DNA of 64,000 bases, taken from positions 121,098-185,097 of the forward strand of contig CAVRPK010000002.1 of NCBI GenBank assembly GCA_963723105.1, given 5' to 3'. Positions 18,978-28,303 of the stretch are shown here, one piece after another. The notes beneath the pieces were generated by a model. The model was not told where the DNA came from, made no database searches, and worked only from the letters and a program-made list of their open reading frames with translations. How positions within the stretch are numbered: position 1 is the stretch's first letter; the number at the start of each line of letters is the position of its first letter. Both the position numbers and the translations under genes were made by a program. The DNA comes from an uncultured Candidatus Micrarchaeota archaeon (GTDB lineage Archaea; Micrarchaeota; Micrarchaeia; Anstonellales; Bilamarchaeaceae).

Positions 18978-19409
18978 ATGATGAAACTTATGGGTCTTGT
19001 TTTAACCGGAGCAGATGTGAAAAAGGCAACTAGCAGCATTCCAAAGAGTGTTAATGTTGATCTTGCAGTCACTAAAATCACAAAAAAAGATGCAACAACA
19101 ATTACTCTTGATTTTGCATATATAATTGATTATCTGCCAAAAATCGCAAGAGTAAGGTTGACTGGCCATGCATATTGTCAGGATAGCGCTCCTAACATCA
19201 GAAAAGCACTTTTAACCTATAAGAAAACCAAAAAACTTCCATTTGAAATTGCCGGCGAAGTTTTGAATATGATCAATGCCAATGCTGGAATGAATGCAAT
19301 TTTCTTAATTAGGCCATTTAATTTGCTTCCACCATTTATGCCTCCTTTAATTACTTCGGAGTCACTTGAGCCAAAACGAGTTAAAATGAAATCAAAGAAG
19401 AAAAAATAA
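18978..19409 (+). CDS. hypothetical protein
   Basis: 143-aa ORF of host-like composition (Lys-rich) with no recognisable motif. Confidence 0.3.
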   Translation: MMKLMGLVLTGADVKKATSSIPKSVNVDLAVTKITKKDATTITLDFAYIIDYLPKIARVRLTGHAYCQDSAPNIRKALLTYKKTKKLPFEIAGEVLNMINANAGMNAIFLIRPFNLLPPFMPPLITSESLEPKRVKMKSKKKK

Positions 19410-19443
19410 TTTTTTTCTTGCTATTTTTTTAAAAAATAAAAAA
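19410..19443. terminator. bidirectional oligo-T tract between convergent genes (archaeal-type terminator signal) just downstream of the 2873-aa gene stop
   Basis: The 34-nt spacer is T-run-rich on both strands (TTTTTTTCTTGCTATTTTTTT / TTTTTTATTTTTT). Confidence 0.35.
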
Positions 19444-22400
19444 TTACCACATTACTCTAGCAGTACCCATGATTCCCCATCCCATAGGAGCATTCATAAT
19501 TCCAGTAACGCTTTCTTCTTGTCCTGCCCATGGACTGAGTTGTTCTGGGGATGTAACTGAACCTGGTGTTGTTGGCCAGCTTCCTGAGTATCCCATAATA
19601 TGGCCAGATATTATTGTTCCTGGGTCACTACTTCCTGGATCTTGCCTTTCATAGGTTACTCCAAGGCCTCCTCTTAGAACTGGATATGTTTCGTATTCTG
19701 CTGCTGGATGGAGAGATCCCTCTGGTTCTGGACTTGTGGATGCATCTTCAAGCATTCTCCTTCTCTCAGCTCCTCCTTCAAAGAAGAAGTGGAGACTAAG
19801 AGATTCACCAGTAGTGATGTTTGTTCTTGCCCATGTGAGTCCAACTCCTGCAGTGGTTCTTTGAAGTTCATTTAGGTCTGAACACTCCCCTCCGCTTAGC
19901 TGTGAACAAACCTGTGCCATTTCATCAGCGTTTTCAAAGACATCATCACTTGCAAATACTACTTGTCTCGTTGTCTGATTGAAGAATACATATGAGTATA
20001 GCTGTTCGTTTACTCTCTCAGTATTAAGCATTGTAATGCGATGACTTAATCCAACCTGCCAATTGGTCCATTGCTCGTTTCCATATGTTCTCTGGCCATA
20101 TAATACACCTGCAAGAAGATCTTGTCTGTGGTCTTGTAATAATTGTGCAAGTGCGCCTATTGTCCAATTGCCACCTGGGCTATATTGTTCATGACCTGCT
20201 TCGGTAAGAGGTATTGTTAGTCCTCCCATGAGCCTAAATGCTGTCAGTGTTCGAAGTCTTCGATCTCCTGAGAATGTAAATTCGTAATCCTCGCCTTCTG
20301 TTGAAATGTCAAGTCTGCTAACTCCATGTCCAATGTAGTTGCCAGATTCTTCCCATTCATCAAGGTCTTCCTGAGTTCCAATCATGATAGAACCTCTTGA
20401 ATTTGGACCTGTTCCAATTCGGGTTACCATGACGAAATATCTATTTCTTCTCTCTGGACTATCCCCTTCCATTTCTGCATTGAGATGGCTTCCATAGATA
20501 ACATCATATCGTTCTGCCTGCTGTCTTCCATGCGAGTTCAATGCTGCTGCAAGGCAAGGTCTTATGTTCTGTTCAATTATTCTTCGAACTTCAGCTCCAG
20601 TTAATTCTGCTCTTGCTGGTGGCTGCCTGATATTGACTTCAGATAAACTTGCTTCAACGCTTCCGCTTGTTCCTGCTCTTCGTACAAACTCAGTTTCTAC
20701 TTCTTCAGGAGTTTTCAATACCCATCCAAGAGAATGAACATTGTTTTCAATGAGCTGTACTAGTTCTTCTCCATATTCAGTAGCAATGCGTTCTCGGTTT
20801 GGATTAACTCTTCTAAGTTCTCTATATATGTCTACAATTGCTTCTGCAGTTTCACTGCTTCTTCTTGAAGAAATTAACATTGCAAGTGGATCTTCATCCT
20901 CATCAATCATTCTTGCAAGCTCAGTTCTCACTTGTGCAACAGGTCGAATCATCCACTCAAGACCATTTCCTCTCTGTGCATGAACAATATCTGCAAATCC
21001 TTGGCCATAAATTCTTTCCATTCTGTCATGGCTGTATGCAACACTTCCAAGCCTGATGTATGCATCGCGTGCAGCTGCCGAATGATCTGAGGTTCTATGA
21101 AGCGTAACATTGCGCTCATACCTTGACAGTTCAATTGCAGGCCAATCAAGAACTCCAAAGCCCATATATGCATCAATATACGGATTTGCCCTCTCACTTC
21201 TTTGTACTTGGAACCCTCCTGTTGAATCAGGGTCTTCTACAATCATTACTGATGAATGGGTGTATCCATGACCAAGGAGGTCTATGTATGCACGAGCCGG
21301 TCTTCCAAATATAAACATTCCATAAAGATTTGCATATGCTGTTTCATCATCTGTCCATTGTCCTGTTGCAATTGTGTAAATTCTTAATCGCTCTCCATCA
21401 TATCCATAACCAAGTGCAAATCTCCAAATATCACTTGTAAAGTCATTTTGAAGGGAACTTGATAATCCTTGTAGAATCTGTTCTTCGTTTGTTGGATTTT
21501 GCTGAATGTCTAACATTGCCTGGTCTATCCGGTCATACAATCTACTAAATCCAGGAACTCTTTGCACTCCAGCAAGAATTCCATGCCTCCTGGCCCAGTA
21601 TGCCATAAGTAAACTTGCATAATGTTCGTTTGGTGCTTCTGGCTGATCCTCTGCTTCTCCTTGCCAGCCCTCCATTCTTCCATACATGTATGTTCCAGCT
21701 ACTAACCATCCAGTGTCACGAGCCTCGTCTTCTCCCCAACCATACATATTGACAAGAACATTTCTCATTGTTGCAAAAACTTCATCTGATTCCTGATCCA
21801 CTGCTCTGAATTCGCGCAGCAAATCTACTTCAGTATATCCACCAGTAAGTCCATGCCCATATGATCTGTGCGCGCCTGTCTGCCTTTCATATCTCCATCT
21901 GGCACCAGCTGTTAGTGGATATCCACCAACTGCACGGAATTCCATTGATGCTTGTCTTGGAGCAATTGCCATTCTTCTCCACATGAATTCTCCAGAACCT
22001 TCTGCCCAATGTGATCCATCTATACTTGTAGAATCCTCAGGATTCATTTCAAGAATCTGTGCTCCTCTGTAAAATCCTGCATAAATATCCCGAGCTCGTC
22101 CATCTTCAAGAATGTGGGTTACTGCTTGTCCCATGGCCTCCTCAGCATGTTGCGGAGTCATAGTTCCCATATCTCGAACAACTTGTCCAAGTGCAAGAGT
22201 AGTTGAAGTATCCCCTCTAGTAGTTGGAATTGTAAAGCCTACTGCAGCACCATCAAATCCAGCAAGAGCAGATTCTCCGTTAATCTCATTCCAAACTCCC
22301 TGCTCGCGCGCAAGCCTTTCAATTTCATCTGCGCCGGTTTGAGCTTGCTGCTCTGCATTTAGTCCAAGATGTCTTTCTATTAATCTAGTTCTCTCTGCAC

Positions 22401-25400
22401 CTGAAAGTGCTGGTGCAACTGCACTATTTCTTCCTGCAAATCTAAGGCCTGCCAGAATATTTCTGGTATCTGTACTTCCATATAAATAATTGAGTATCTG
22501 TGCGTGCGTATCAATTCCATATGCAAGATCATATGCATTTCCAGTTGATCCATCAATGTAGAAAAGTCTTGTTCTAAGCTGGCTTCTCTCATCCTGCAAT
22601 ACTGCTCCAACTGTGCCAGGAGCAGCTCCTTCTGGAACTGGCGCGCGAAGCTCTGGTGCATGTTCTCCGCCGACTACAACAAGCATATCTCCTCCAGAGT
22701 CTCTTGCAATTCTGGAATATGTTTCAAGAAGTCCACTGTATCTTTCTCTACTTTGCACCTCTCCAGTTTCTTCAGTTGTTTGGTCCGCACCTTCATAATT
22801 GAATCGTATATTCCCTCTTTGCAATCCTACTCCTTCTCCAAATGCAACTGGAATAACTCCAGCAACCCCCACTGGAAGTCCTGCTGCCTGAGCTTCAATA
22901 TCAACATCAGTTTCAGCTGTTTCACTATCTCCAGCCTCTTCTGATTCTACTGCTGTTCTTCTATGAGTTACAACCCCCCGGCCTCGAACTCCCCCAGTAA
23001 TTGCCCTTCCTTGCCCAACTCCTCCAACTGCTGCTACATCTGTTGAAGTTGTATCTGAGTCTGTTGCAGTTGGGATAGTTCCCTCATGACCGTAATAGCC
23101 ACCAACTTCCCAATCATGGCGAAGCCAATAGCTACTATAGTCTATTGGCATCTCACCAAATAATCTTGTTATCTCTCTGATAATTGTGGAAGCTCCAAGG
23201 GCTCCGATTCTATATCTTTGCGGAATTCCGTGTATCATATGTCTTCCAAGTGTTGGGTGCAGCATGTCATACATTCTTGAGAAATATTCAGTTGCACCAG
23301 AATCAAGTCCAAATCTGCTTGGAGGCTCAATCAAACTTCTTGGCATTGTTGGAGATGGGATTAAATTCCAAGGTTGTGCTGCTTGTCCATAAAGTTGTGG
23401 AAGTGGTTCCATTCCTTCCATTTGCAGGAAGTGGGGTCTGTACCTATATCCTTGAGGATTCCATGGACTTTCCATAAGTTGCCTTTCAGGAACTCTTCTA
23501 AGTTCATCCTCCATTCTATTGTGATCATATGTTGCAGTAACTTCTGGAAGTCTCTGTCCAATTCTGGCAAACACTTCAAGGAAGTATTCCCTGTTCCTAT
23601 GTGTGCTGTAAGAAAGAGTAGCTCCTGCTGTTGAGTACATCCTGCTGAATACTGTATTGAACGTTTCAATTCCGGCAACAAGTGTTCTTTCATCCTGTGC
23701 AACACTGATTATTGCTGGAAGAACCTGCAGGATGAATGGACCAACTAAGTATGGGTCTCTTTGACTAATCAATAACAGCGAATTCATTGTTGCCCGCGCG
23801 GCACTTGTTCCGAATTCTGAGCCCAGGCTTCCAATTCTGCCAAGTCCAACTCCAAGGTAAAGCGCATCAATAATCGAGAGTTGGTTTCTAAGGTTTGTTG
23901 CTTCTGCTTCAGTAAATCCTCGTGCATCTTCTGCATCAGAAGCTATTCCACTATCCCGTCTTCCCTGGAGGTATGTGCTCTCAAGCTGGCCATAGAATGT
24001 TCTTCCTGCAGTAATCAAATCTCTTCCTGATTCACTGCTAAGGAAACGTGCAAGGTCTTCTGGAGTTTGAAGTCCGCTTTCTGCAGTTCCTGGCGGAAGA
24101 CTGATACTGTATCTTCTTGCAAGTGTTTGCAGTTGTGAATTTAGAAGGTCCAGATTAATGAAATTTCTAAATAGATAATCATTTGATCCAAACTGGTCTC
24201 TGTAATGGTTAATTGCAAGAGTTAAGTTCGCACCAAGATCATCAGTTGCATTTGCAAAAACAAGAACTCCTTGAAGTCTTGAATAAACTCCTGGAAGAAC
24301 TTCAGCAACATGCCTGAAGTTTTGCATAAATTCTCCACGTGCAACCCCATCTCCTGCTTCAAAGCTTCTGTTTAATTGTTCTAATCGCTCTGCATCAACT
24401 TGTCTTAGGTGCTCAACATCACTAGTACTTAGGTTTTCAAGGAATCTAAGCTGTGCTCGGTTTCTCTCAACCATTTGCACAAATGCTGCTCCATATATTT
24501 GTCTAAGTCCTGCAATTCTTGCAGTTCTCTCTTCTGATGCCGGAGTGTTCAATGCTCCATAAACAGAACCAAGTGCATATAGCAGTTGTTCATCCTGATG
24601 TCTGTATGCTCTGTGAAGAGCAGTAACCACTCTGGTATATGCTTGTGGATATGCGCGGTATAATGATTGTCTTACTGATGCTGGAAGTGCAGTTACTTCT
24701 TCAAGTCCTGCTCTTGCCTCTGCAAGCGGAGCTAAATGCTCTCTTTGTCTTTCCACTGCACTGACAAATCTATCACCATAAAGCTCTACCATCCTCTCTC
24801 TTGTCTCAGTTCCATCAGGACGAGCTATTGCACGATAAACTCTGATCGTTATATTCGCAAACAATACGTTTTGGCCCATTCTCAAATTTTGTTCGCTAGT
24901 GCCAGTTAAATTTTCAAGGAATCCAAGAACTGGTCTGTGATCATTTATCAATCTGACAAATTCAGTTCCATGTCTTCTTTGCACATCCGCTACATTCCCG
25001 CTTCCTCTTGAAATCGCATTGTATGCCGTTCCAAGGTCTCTGCTAAATCCACGGTCTCCCATGCTGGAAATAAATGCTCTAAGCTCTGGATCAGCTCTGC
25101 CAAGTACAGCAAAAATAATATCTCCGATTACTGCTTGCTTGTCTGGATTTGTAACTCCACTGTACCAGGTCATTCCACTTCGAAGCGATCCAACATCGCT
25201 TGAGCTTGCAATTGTTTCTGAAAATCCATCAATACTGCCTGCAGTTCTTGAAAGGTCTCCTCCAGTTTCTGCAAGGTGAATCATTGAAAATGCAAGTTCA
25301 ACTGATCTTCTAAGTTCAGTTCCACTAATCATGCTTTCTTGCAGTGCTCTTTGTTCTGTTAGGAGGGTTTGTATTTCTGCTTGATCAGCACCACCTGCTG

Positions 25401-28065
25401 CAAGCCTTATCCTTCTACTTTCTTCTTCCCACCTATTGATTCTTTCTTCAAGCATTGGACGTGCAGGTGCAAGAATGCTGTGTTCCAGTTGTCTTCTCAT
25501 GCTTTCTAGATCACGTTCAATTGTACTGGAATTTGCTGTGATCTCTCCCCTACTTCCTTCAAGAGCTTCTCCTGATATTCCTCTTGTTCTTGATGCTTCT
25601 CTGCTTGCAACTGGAGTTAAGAAAAATCTTCCAAGCGAATCAATTCCATCCATTCTAGCAAGTCCGCCTCTAGTTAAAGCCTCTCTTCCACTGGCATATG
25701 AAAGAATGAATTGTACTGGAGTAAATGGAAATAGTAATTCTTTTGCTGATCTGGTTATTTGGTCTTGCCCCCGCAAAAGTCGTTGTTCAATACTTGTAAC
25801 ATTTCCGCCTAGCCACTCTAATTGCGCTCTGTTTTGAGTAACAAAATCCACTGCAGCCTGTCCATACTGAGTAACTAATTCTGCTGTAGTTGGACTTGCC
25901 TGTCCATGAGCTGCATAAATTGCATGAAGTGCTCTTGCAAGACCTCCAATTGAATATCCAATTGCTGGTGCTCCTCCTTGAGTAGCCAGTGTATCAGCTT
26001 CACGAACAAACACATCAGATGTTCTTGTTGTCATCTCATGTTCTATTTGTCCTACTGGTCTAACTGCCCAGTGCAATGTATCAAGATTTTGTGAAACATA
26101 ATTCACAAATTCACTACCATATCTTGTAGCAAGCAATTCTCTTGTTTGTCTGAATAATGTAATTTGTGCGTATGCTGCAGATAATGTAGTTCCACCGTCT
26201 TGTGGGAAAAGCGCCTTTAGCTGAACTGCAACCTCATCTGATTCTTCTCCCCTTCCAGGTGCTGATCTTCGATCAAGTTCTGCCTGTACTTCTTCTGGAG
26301 TTCCTGCAAGCCAGGATAGTTCAGCATAATGTTCAGTGATAATTGAGCCTGCTGGAACAGCGCCTATTCCAAGTCGCTCTGTTGCAAGCTGTCCATAAAC
26401 ATCTGCAAGCGCAGCACCTCTGTCAAGTCTTTCTCCGGCTTGCACTCTAATTGTCATTGAAGAAATGCGTCTTGCATGTATGTCTTCTTCGCGTGCTCTA
26501 TCTGTTAATACTCTGTTTAGATCAGTGGCAGTTCTTATCATCCAGGTTGGTCTTCTTGCTGAAACAAGCGCTATTAATTCCGGACTATATGCTGCTCTGA
26601 GTCTGTCCATATCTGGAGGGCTTCTGAGAAGTTCTATGTAAATATCTCTAACTGCGATTGATCTTACGTTTCTTCTGAAATTCATTTCAATACTTGAGAT
26701 TGTAGTATTACCCTGAATTTGCGCTCTATACAATCTTACAAACTCATTGAAGAAAGTATCATTTCTCTCAAGTGGTACTCTGGTGTATGTTCTTGATCCA
26801 ATATCTCCGGTACCCGCAACAAAATTGCCACTATAAATTCTGATAAATTCATCTCTGGCAGTTGTACTTCCAGTTGCAAGCACCTGCTCCATCAAAGTTG
26901 CGCATCTTCTAGCTAGTCCAAGCGAAATAATATCAACAAATCTGTCAACTGTTTCATTTCCATGTGCCTGTCTAAGCGATTGAAGTCTTGAGACATTGCC
27001 TGTGCTTGCAGCTTCATACATTTGCGAAACTGCAGTTGCAAATGCTTCTGGATCTACCTGGTTATTATGGTGAGTATAATATGATCTGTAAACCATGGAA
27101 ATTGGTGATGGCTGTCTATGGCCTTCCTCTCCAACTTGGTCTCTTGTTATGCGCTCCAAAAATAATCTTTGGAATCCTGTCCAGAATTCTCCGGATGTAC
27201 TGTGCGCTCCAAATATTCTTCTAAATTCATCTCTTTGTGCAGTGTCTCCAGTGAGCATAAAGTTTCGAAGAGAATCAACACATCTTGTTGCTTGCTGGTT
27301 TGGTAATTCTCCAGATAAAAGATTAGTTAAATTTTCTCCATGTCGCTCTCTTATCTCAGTAAGCCCTGTTGCTTCGAGTACATGTCTTGCAGCATCTTCT
27401 GCAGTAGCATCTGTATGAGCTCTTCTATATGCTCTGAATCTTCCAATTTCACTTTCTGCTGGAGCCTCTGTTTCTCCTGCTCTCTCTACTCTTTGAACCA
27501 GTGCATCTATCAGTGCCCATGTAGTTGCATTGGCAGCAAGCCTGGTTCTAATCTCACGAACTTTGGTAATAAAATCTTCCATGATAGAAGGTTCCATTCG
27601 AATTCCGATAACGTGATCAAGATCAGCTTCATATGCTTCAAGAATTGGACGAACTTGATCATCTGCTCTCATTGTTGTCATTCTGCTATGAAGCTCATCC
27701 ATAAATTCTCTGTTTTCAGTTACCGGCTGCTCCTGGAATTGACTTGTGATAAGAGCTCTGTATCTTGTATAATCAGCTTCATTTCCTGTTAAAATATAAT
27801 TTTGATATGCGGTTGCAGCATCCCTAGCTCTTTGCTGAAGGCCTGCTACTTCTTCCTGTTCCGCGTGGGTAGCTCCCCTACGTCGAGTTGCCGGTTGTGC
27901 CATAACAGAATTTACTCCGAGATGATTTATATTATTACCGCCTAAGAAAACTGAGACTGCAACTAAAGGCGCAAGCAAATATTTTCCAAAAATAGAACTT
28001 TTTCTGCGGTGCGGTCGCTCTCCATGATCCCCCTTTTGATCATGTTTTATTTTGGATCCAACCAT
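19444..28065 (-). CDS. giant (2873 aa) Lys/Cys-depleted, Arg/Ala/Gly-rich repeat protein with N-terminal signal/anchor; ORFan
   Basis: Uninterrupted 8.6-kb ORF with an ATG start, preceded by GGAGAA 6 nt upstream. The N-terminus has a hydrophobic segment (IFGKYLLAPLVAVSVFLGG...VMAQPATRRR). At least seven diverged tandem modules share the motif YG..FV..V..N...L.WL....P..Q. An Asp/Thr/Gly-rich low-complexity linker lies near residue 1550. There are only a handful of lysines in 2873 residues. Confidence 0.7.
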   Translation of the reverse strand: MVGSKIKHDQKGDHGERPHRRKSSIFGKYLLAPLVAVSVFLGGNNINHLGVNSVMAQPATRRRGATHAEQEEVAGLQQRARDAATAYQNYILTGNEADYTRYRALITSQFQEQPVTENREFMDELHSRMTTMRADDQVRPILEAYEADLDHVIGIRMEPSIMEDFITKVREIRTRLAANATTWALIDALVQRVERAGETEAPAESEIGRFRAYRRAHTDATAEDAARHVLEATGLTEIRERHGENLTNLLSGELPNQQATRCVDSLRNFMLTGDTAQRDEFRRIFGAHSTSGEFWTGFQRLFLERITRDQVGEEGHRQPSPISMVYRSYYTHHNNQVDPEAFATAVSQMYEAASTGNVSRLQSLRQAHGNETVDRFVDIISLGLARRCATLMEQVLATGSTTARDEFIRIYSGNFVAGTGDIGSRTYTRVPLERNDTFFNEFVRLYRAQIQGNTTISSIEMNFRRNVRSIAVRDIYIELLRSPPDMDRLRAAYSPELIALVSARRPTWMIRTATDLNRVLTDRAREEDIHARRISSMTIRVQAGERLDRGAALADVYGQLATERLGIGAVPAGSIITEHYAELSWLAGTPEEVQAELDRRSAPGRGEESDEVAVQLKALFPQDGGTTLSAAYAQITLFRQTRELLATRYGSEFVNYVSQNLDTLHWAVRPVGQIEHEMTTRTSDVFVREADTLATQGGAPAIGYSIGGLARALHAIYAAHGQASPTTAELVTQYGQAAVDFVTQNRAQLEWLGGNVTSIEQRLLRGQDQITRSAKELLFPFTPVQFILSYASGREALTRGGLARMDGIDSLGRFFLTPVASREASRTRGISGEALEGSRGEITANSSTIERDLESMRRQLEHSILAPARPMLEERINRWEEESRRIRLAAGGADQAEIQTLLTEQRALQESMISGTELRRSVELAFSMIHLAETGGDLSRTAGSIDGFSETIASSSDVGSLRSGMTWYSGVTNPDKQAVIGDIIFAVLGRADPELRAFISSMGDRGFSRDLGTAYNAISRGSGNVADVQRRHGTEFVRLINDHRPVLGFLENLTGTSEQNLRMGQNVLFANITIRVYRAIARPDGTETRERMVELYGDRFVSAVERQREHLAPLAEARAGLEEVTALPASVRQSLYRAYPQAYTRVVTALHRAYRHQDEQLLYALGSVYGALNTPASEERTARIAGLRQIYGAAFVQMVERNRAQLRFLENLSTSDVEHLRQVDAERLEQLNRSFEAGDGVARGEFMQNFRHVAEVLPGVYSRLQGVLVFANATDDLGANLTLAINHYRDQFGSNDYLFRNFINLDLLNSQLQTLARRYSISLPPGTAESGLQTPEDLARFLSSESGRDLITAGRTFYGQLESTYLQGRRDSGIASDAEDARGFTEAEATNLRNQLSIIDALYLGVGLGRIGSLGSEFGTSAARATMNSLLLISQRDPYLVGPFILQVLPAIISVAQDERTLVAGIETFNTVFSRMYSTAGATLSYSTHRNREYFLEVFARIGQRLPEVTATYDHNRMEDELRRVPERQLMESPWNPQGYRYRPHFLQMEGMEPLPQLYGQAAQPWNLIPSPTMPRSLIEPPSRFGLDSGATEYFSRMYDMLHPTLGRHMIHGIPQRYRIGALGASTIIREITRLFGEMPIDYSSYWLRHDWEVGGYYGHEGTIPTATDSDTTSTDVAAVGGVGQGRAITGGVRGRGVVTHRRTAVESEEAGDSETAETDVDIEAQAAGLPVGVAGVIPVAFGEGVGLQRGNIRFNYEGADQTTEETGEVQSRERYSGLLETYSRIARDSGGDMLVVVGGEHAPELRAPVPEGAAPGTVGAVLQDERSQLRTRLFYIDGSTGNAYDLAYGIDTHAQILNYLYGSTDTRNILAGLRFAGRNSAVAPALSGAERTRLIERHLGLNAEQQAQTGADEIERLAREQGVWNEINGESALAGFDGAAVGFTIPTTRGDTSTTLALGQVVRDMGTMTPQHAEEAMGQAVTHILEDGRARDIYAGFYRGAQILEMNPEDSTSIDGSHWAEGSGEFMWRRMAIAPRQASMEFRAVGGYPLTAGARWRYERQTGAHRSYGHGLTGGYTEVDLLREFRAVDQESDEVFATMRNVLVNMYGWGEDEARDTGWLVAGTYMYGRMEGWQGEAEDQPEAPNEHYASLLMAYWARRHGILAGVQRVPGFSRLYDRIDQAMLDIQQNPTNEEQILQGLSSSLQNDFTSDIWRFALGYGYDGERLRIYTIATGQWTDDETAYANLYGMFIFGRPARAYIDLLGHGYTHSSVMIVEDPDSTGGFQVQRSERANPYIDAYMGFGVLDWPAIELSRYERNVTLHRTSDHSAAARDAYIRLGSVAYSHDRMERIYGQGFADIVHAQRGNGLEWMIRPVAQVRTELARMIDEDEDPLAMLISSRRSSETAEAIVDIYRELRRVNPNRERIATEYGEELVQLIENNVHSLGWVLKTPEEVETEFVRRAGTSGSVEASLSEVNIRQPPARAELTGAEVRRIIEQNIRPCLAAALNSHGRQQAERYDVIYGSHLNAEMEGDSPERRNRYFVMVTRIGTGPNSRGSIMIGTQEDLDEWEESGNYIGHGVSRLDISTEGEDYEFTFSGDRRLRTLTAFRLMGGLTIPLTEAGHEQYSPGGNWTIGALAQLLQDHRQDLLAGVLYGQRTYGNEQWTNWQVGLSHRITMLNTERVNEQLYSYVFFNQTTRQVVFASDDVFENADEMAQVCSQLSGGECSDLNELQRTTAGVGLTWARTNITTGESLSLHFFFEGGAERRRMLEDASTSPEPEGSLHPAAEYETYPVLRGGLGVTYERQDPGSSDPGTIISGHIMGYSGSWPTTPGSVTSPEQLSPWAGQEESVTGIMNAPMGWGIMGTARVMW

Positions 28066-28178
28066 TTCCTGATTCTCCTATTCGGTTTGCACTTATAGAT
28101 TATCTTTGCCAATATTATTACAATGCTAATTCCAGTTGCCTATACTGATTACAACACATCTAATATTTAACATAGCGT

Positions 28179-28194
28179 ATCCCCCTAAGGGGAT
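28179..28194. promoter_or_regulatory. GC-rich palindrome ATCCCC-CTAA-GGGGAT in the 238-nt spacer between the 806-aa gene and the 2873-aa gene
   Basis: Seen directly. It is the only GC-rich dyad in an otherwise AT-rich spacer that must carry the signals separating or reinitiating the two giant-gene transcripts. Confidence 0.2.
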
Positions 28195-28303
28195 TCACTA
28201 AACTTGTATGGATCGGACTGTAATTATTTTACGATAACTTATCTATACTAGTTGTGTTAAGAAAAATTAAAAAAGGGTTGTTTCAGAAAGTGACTATCAG
28301 AGG

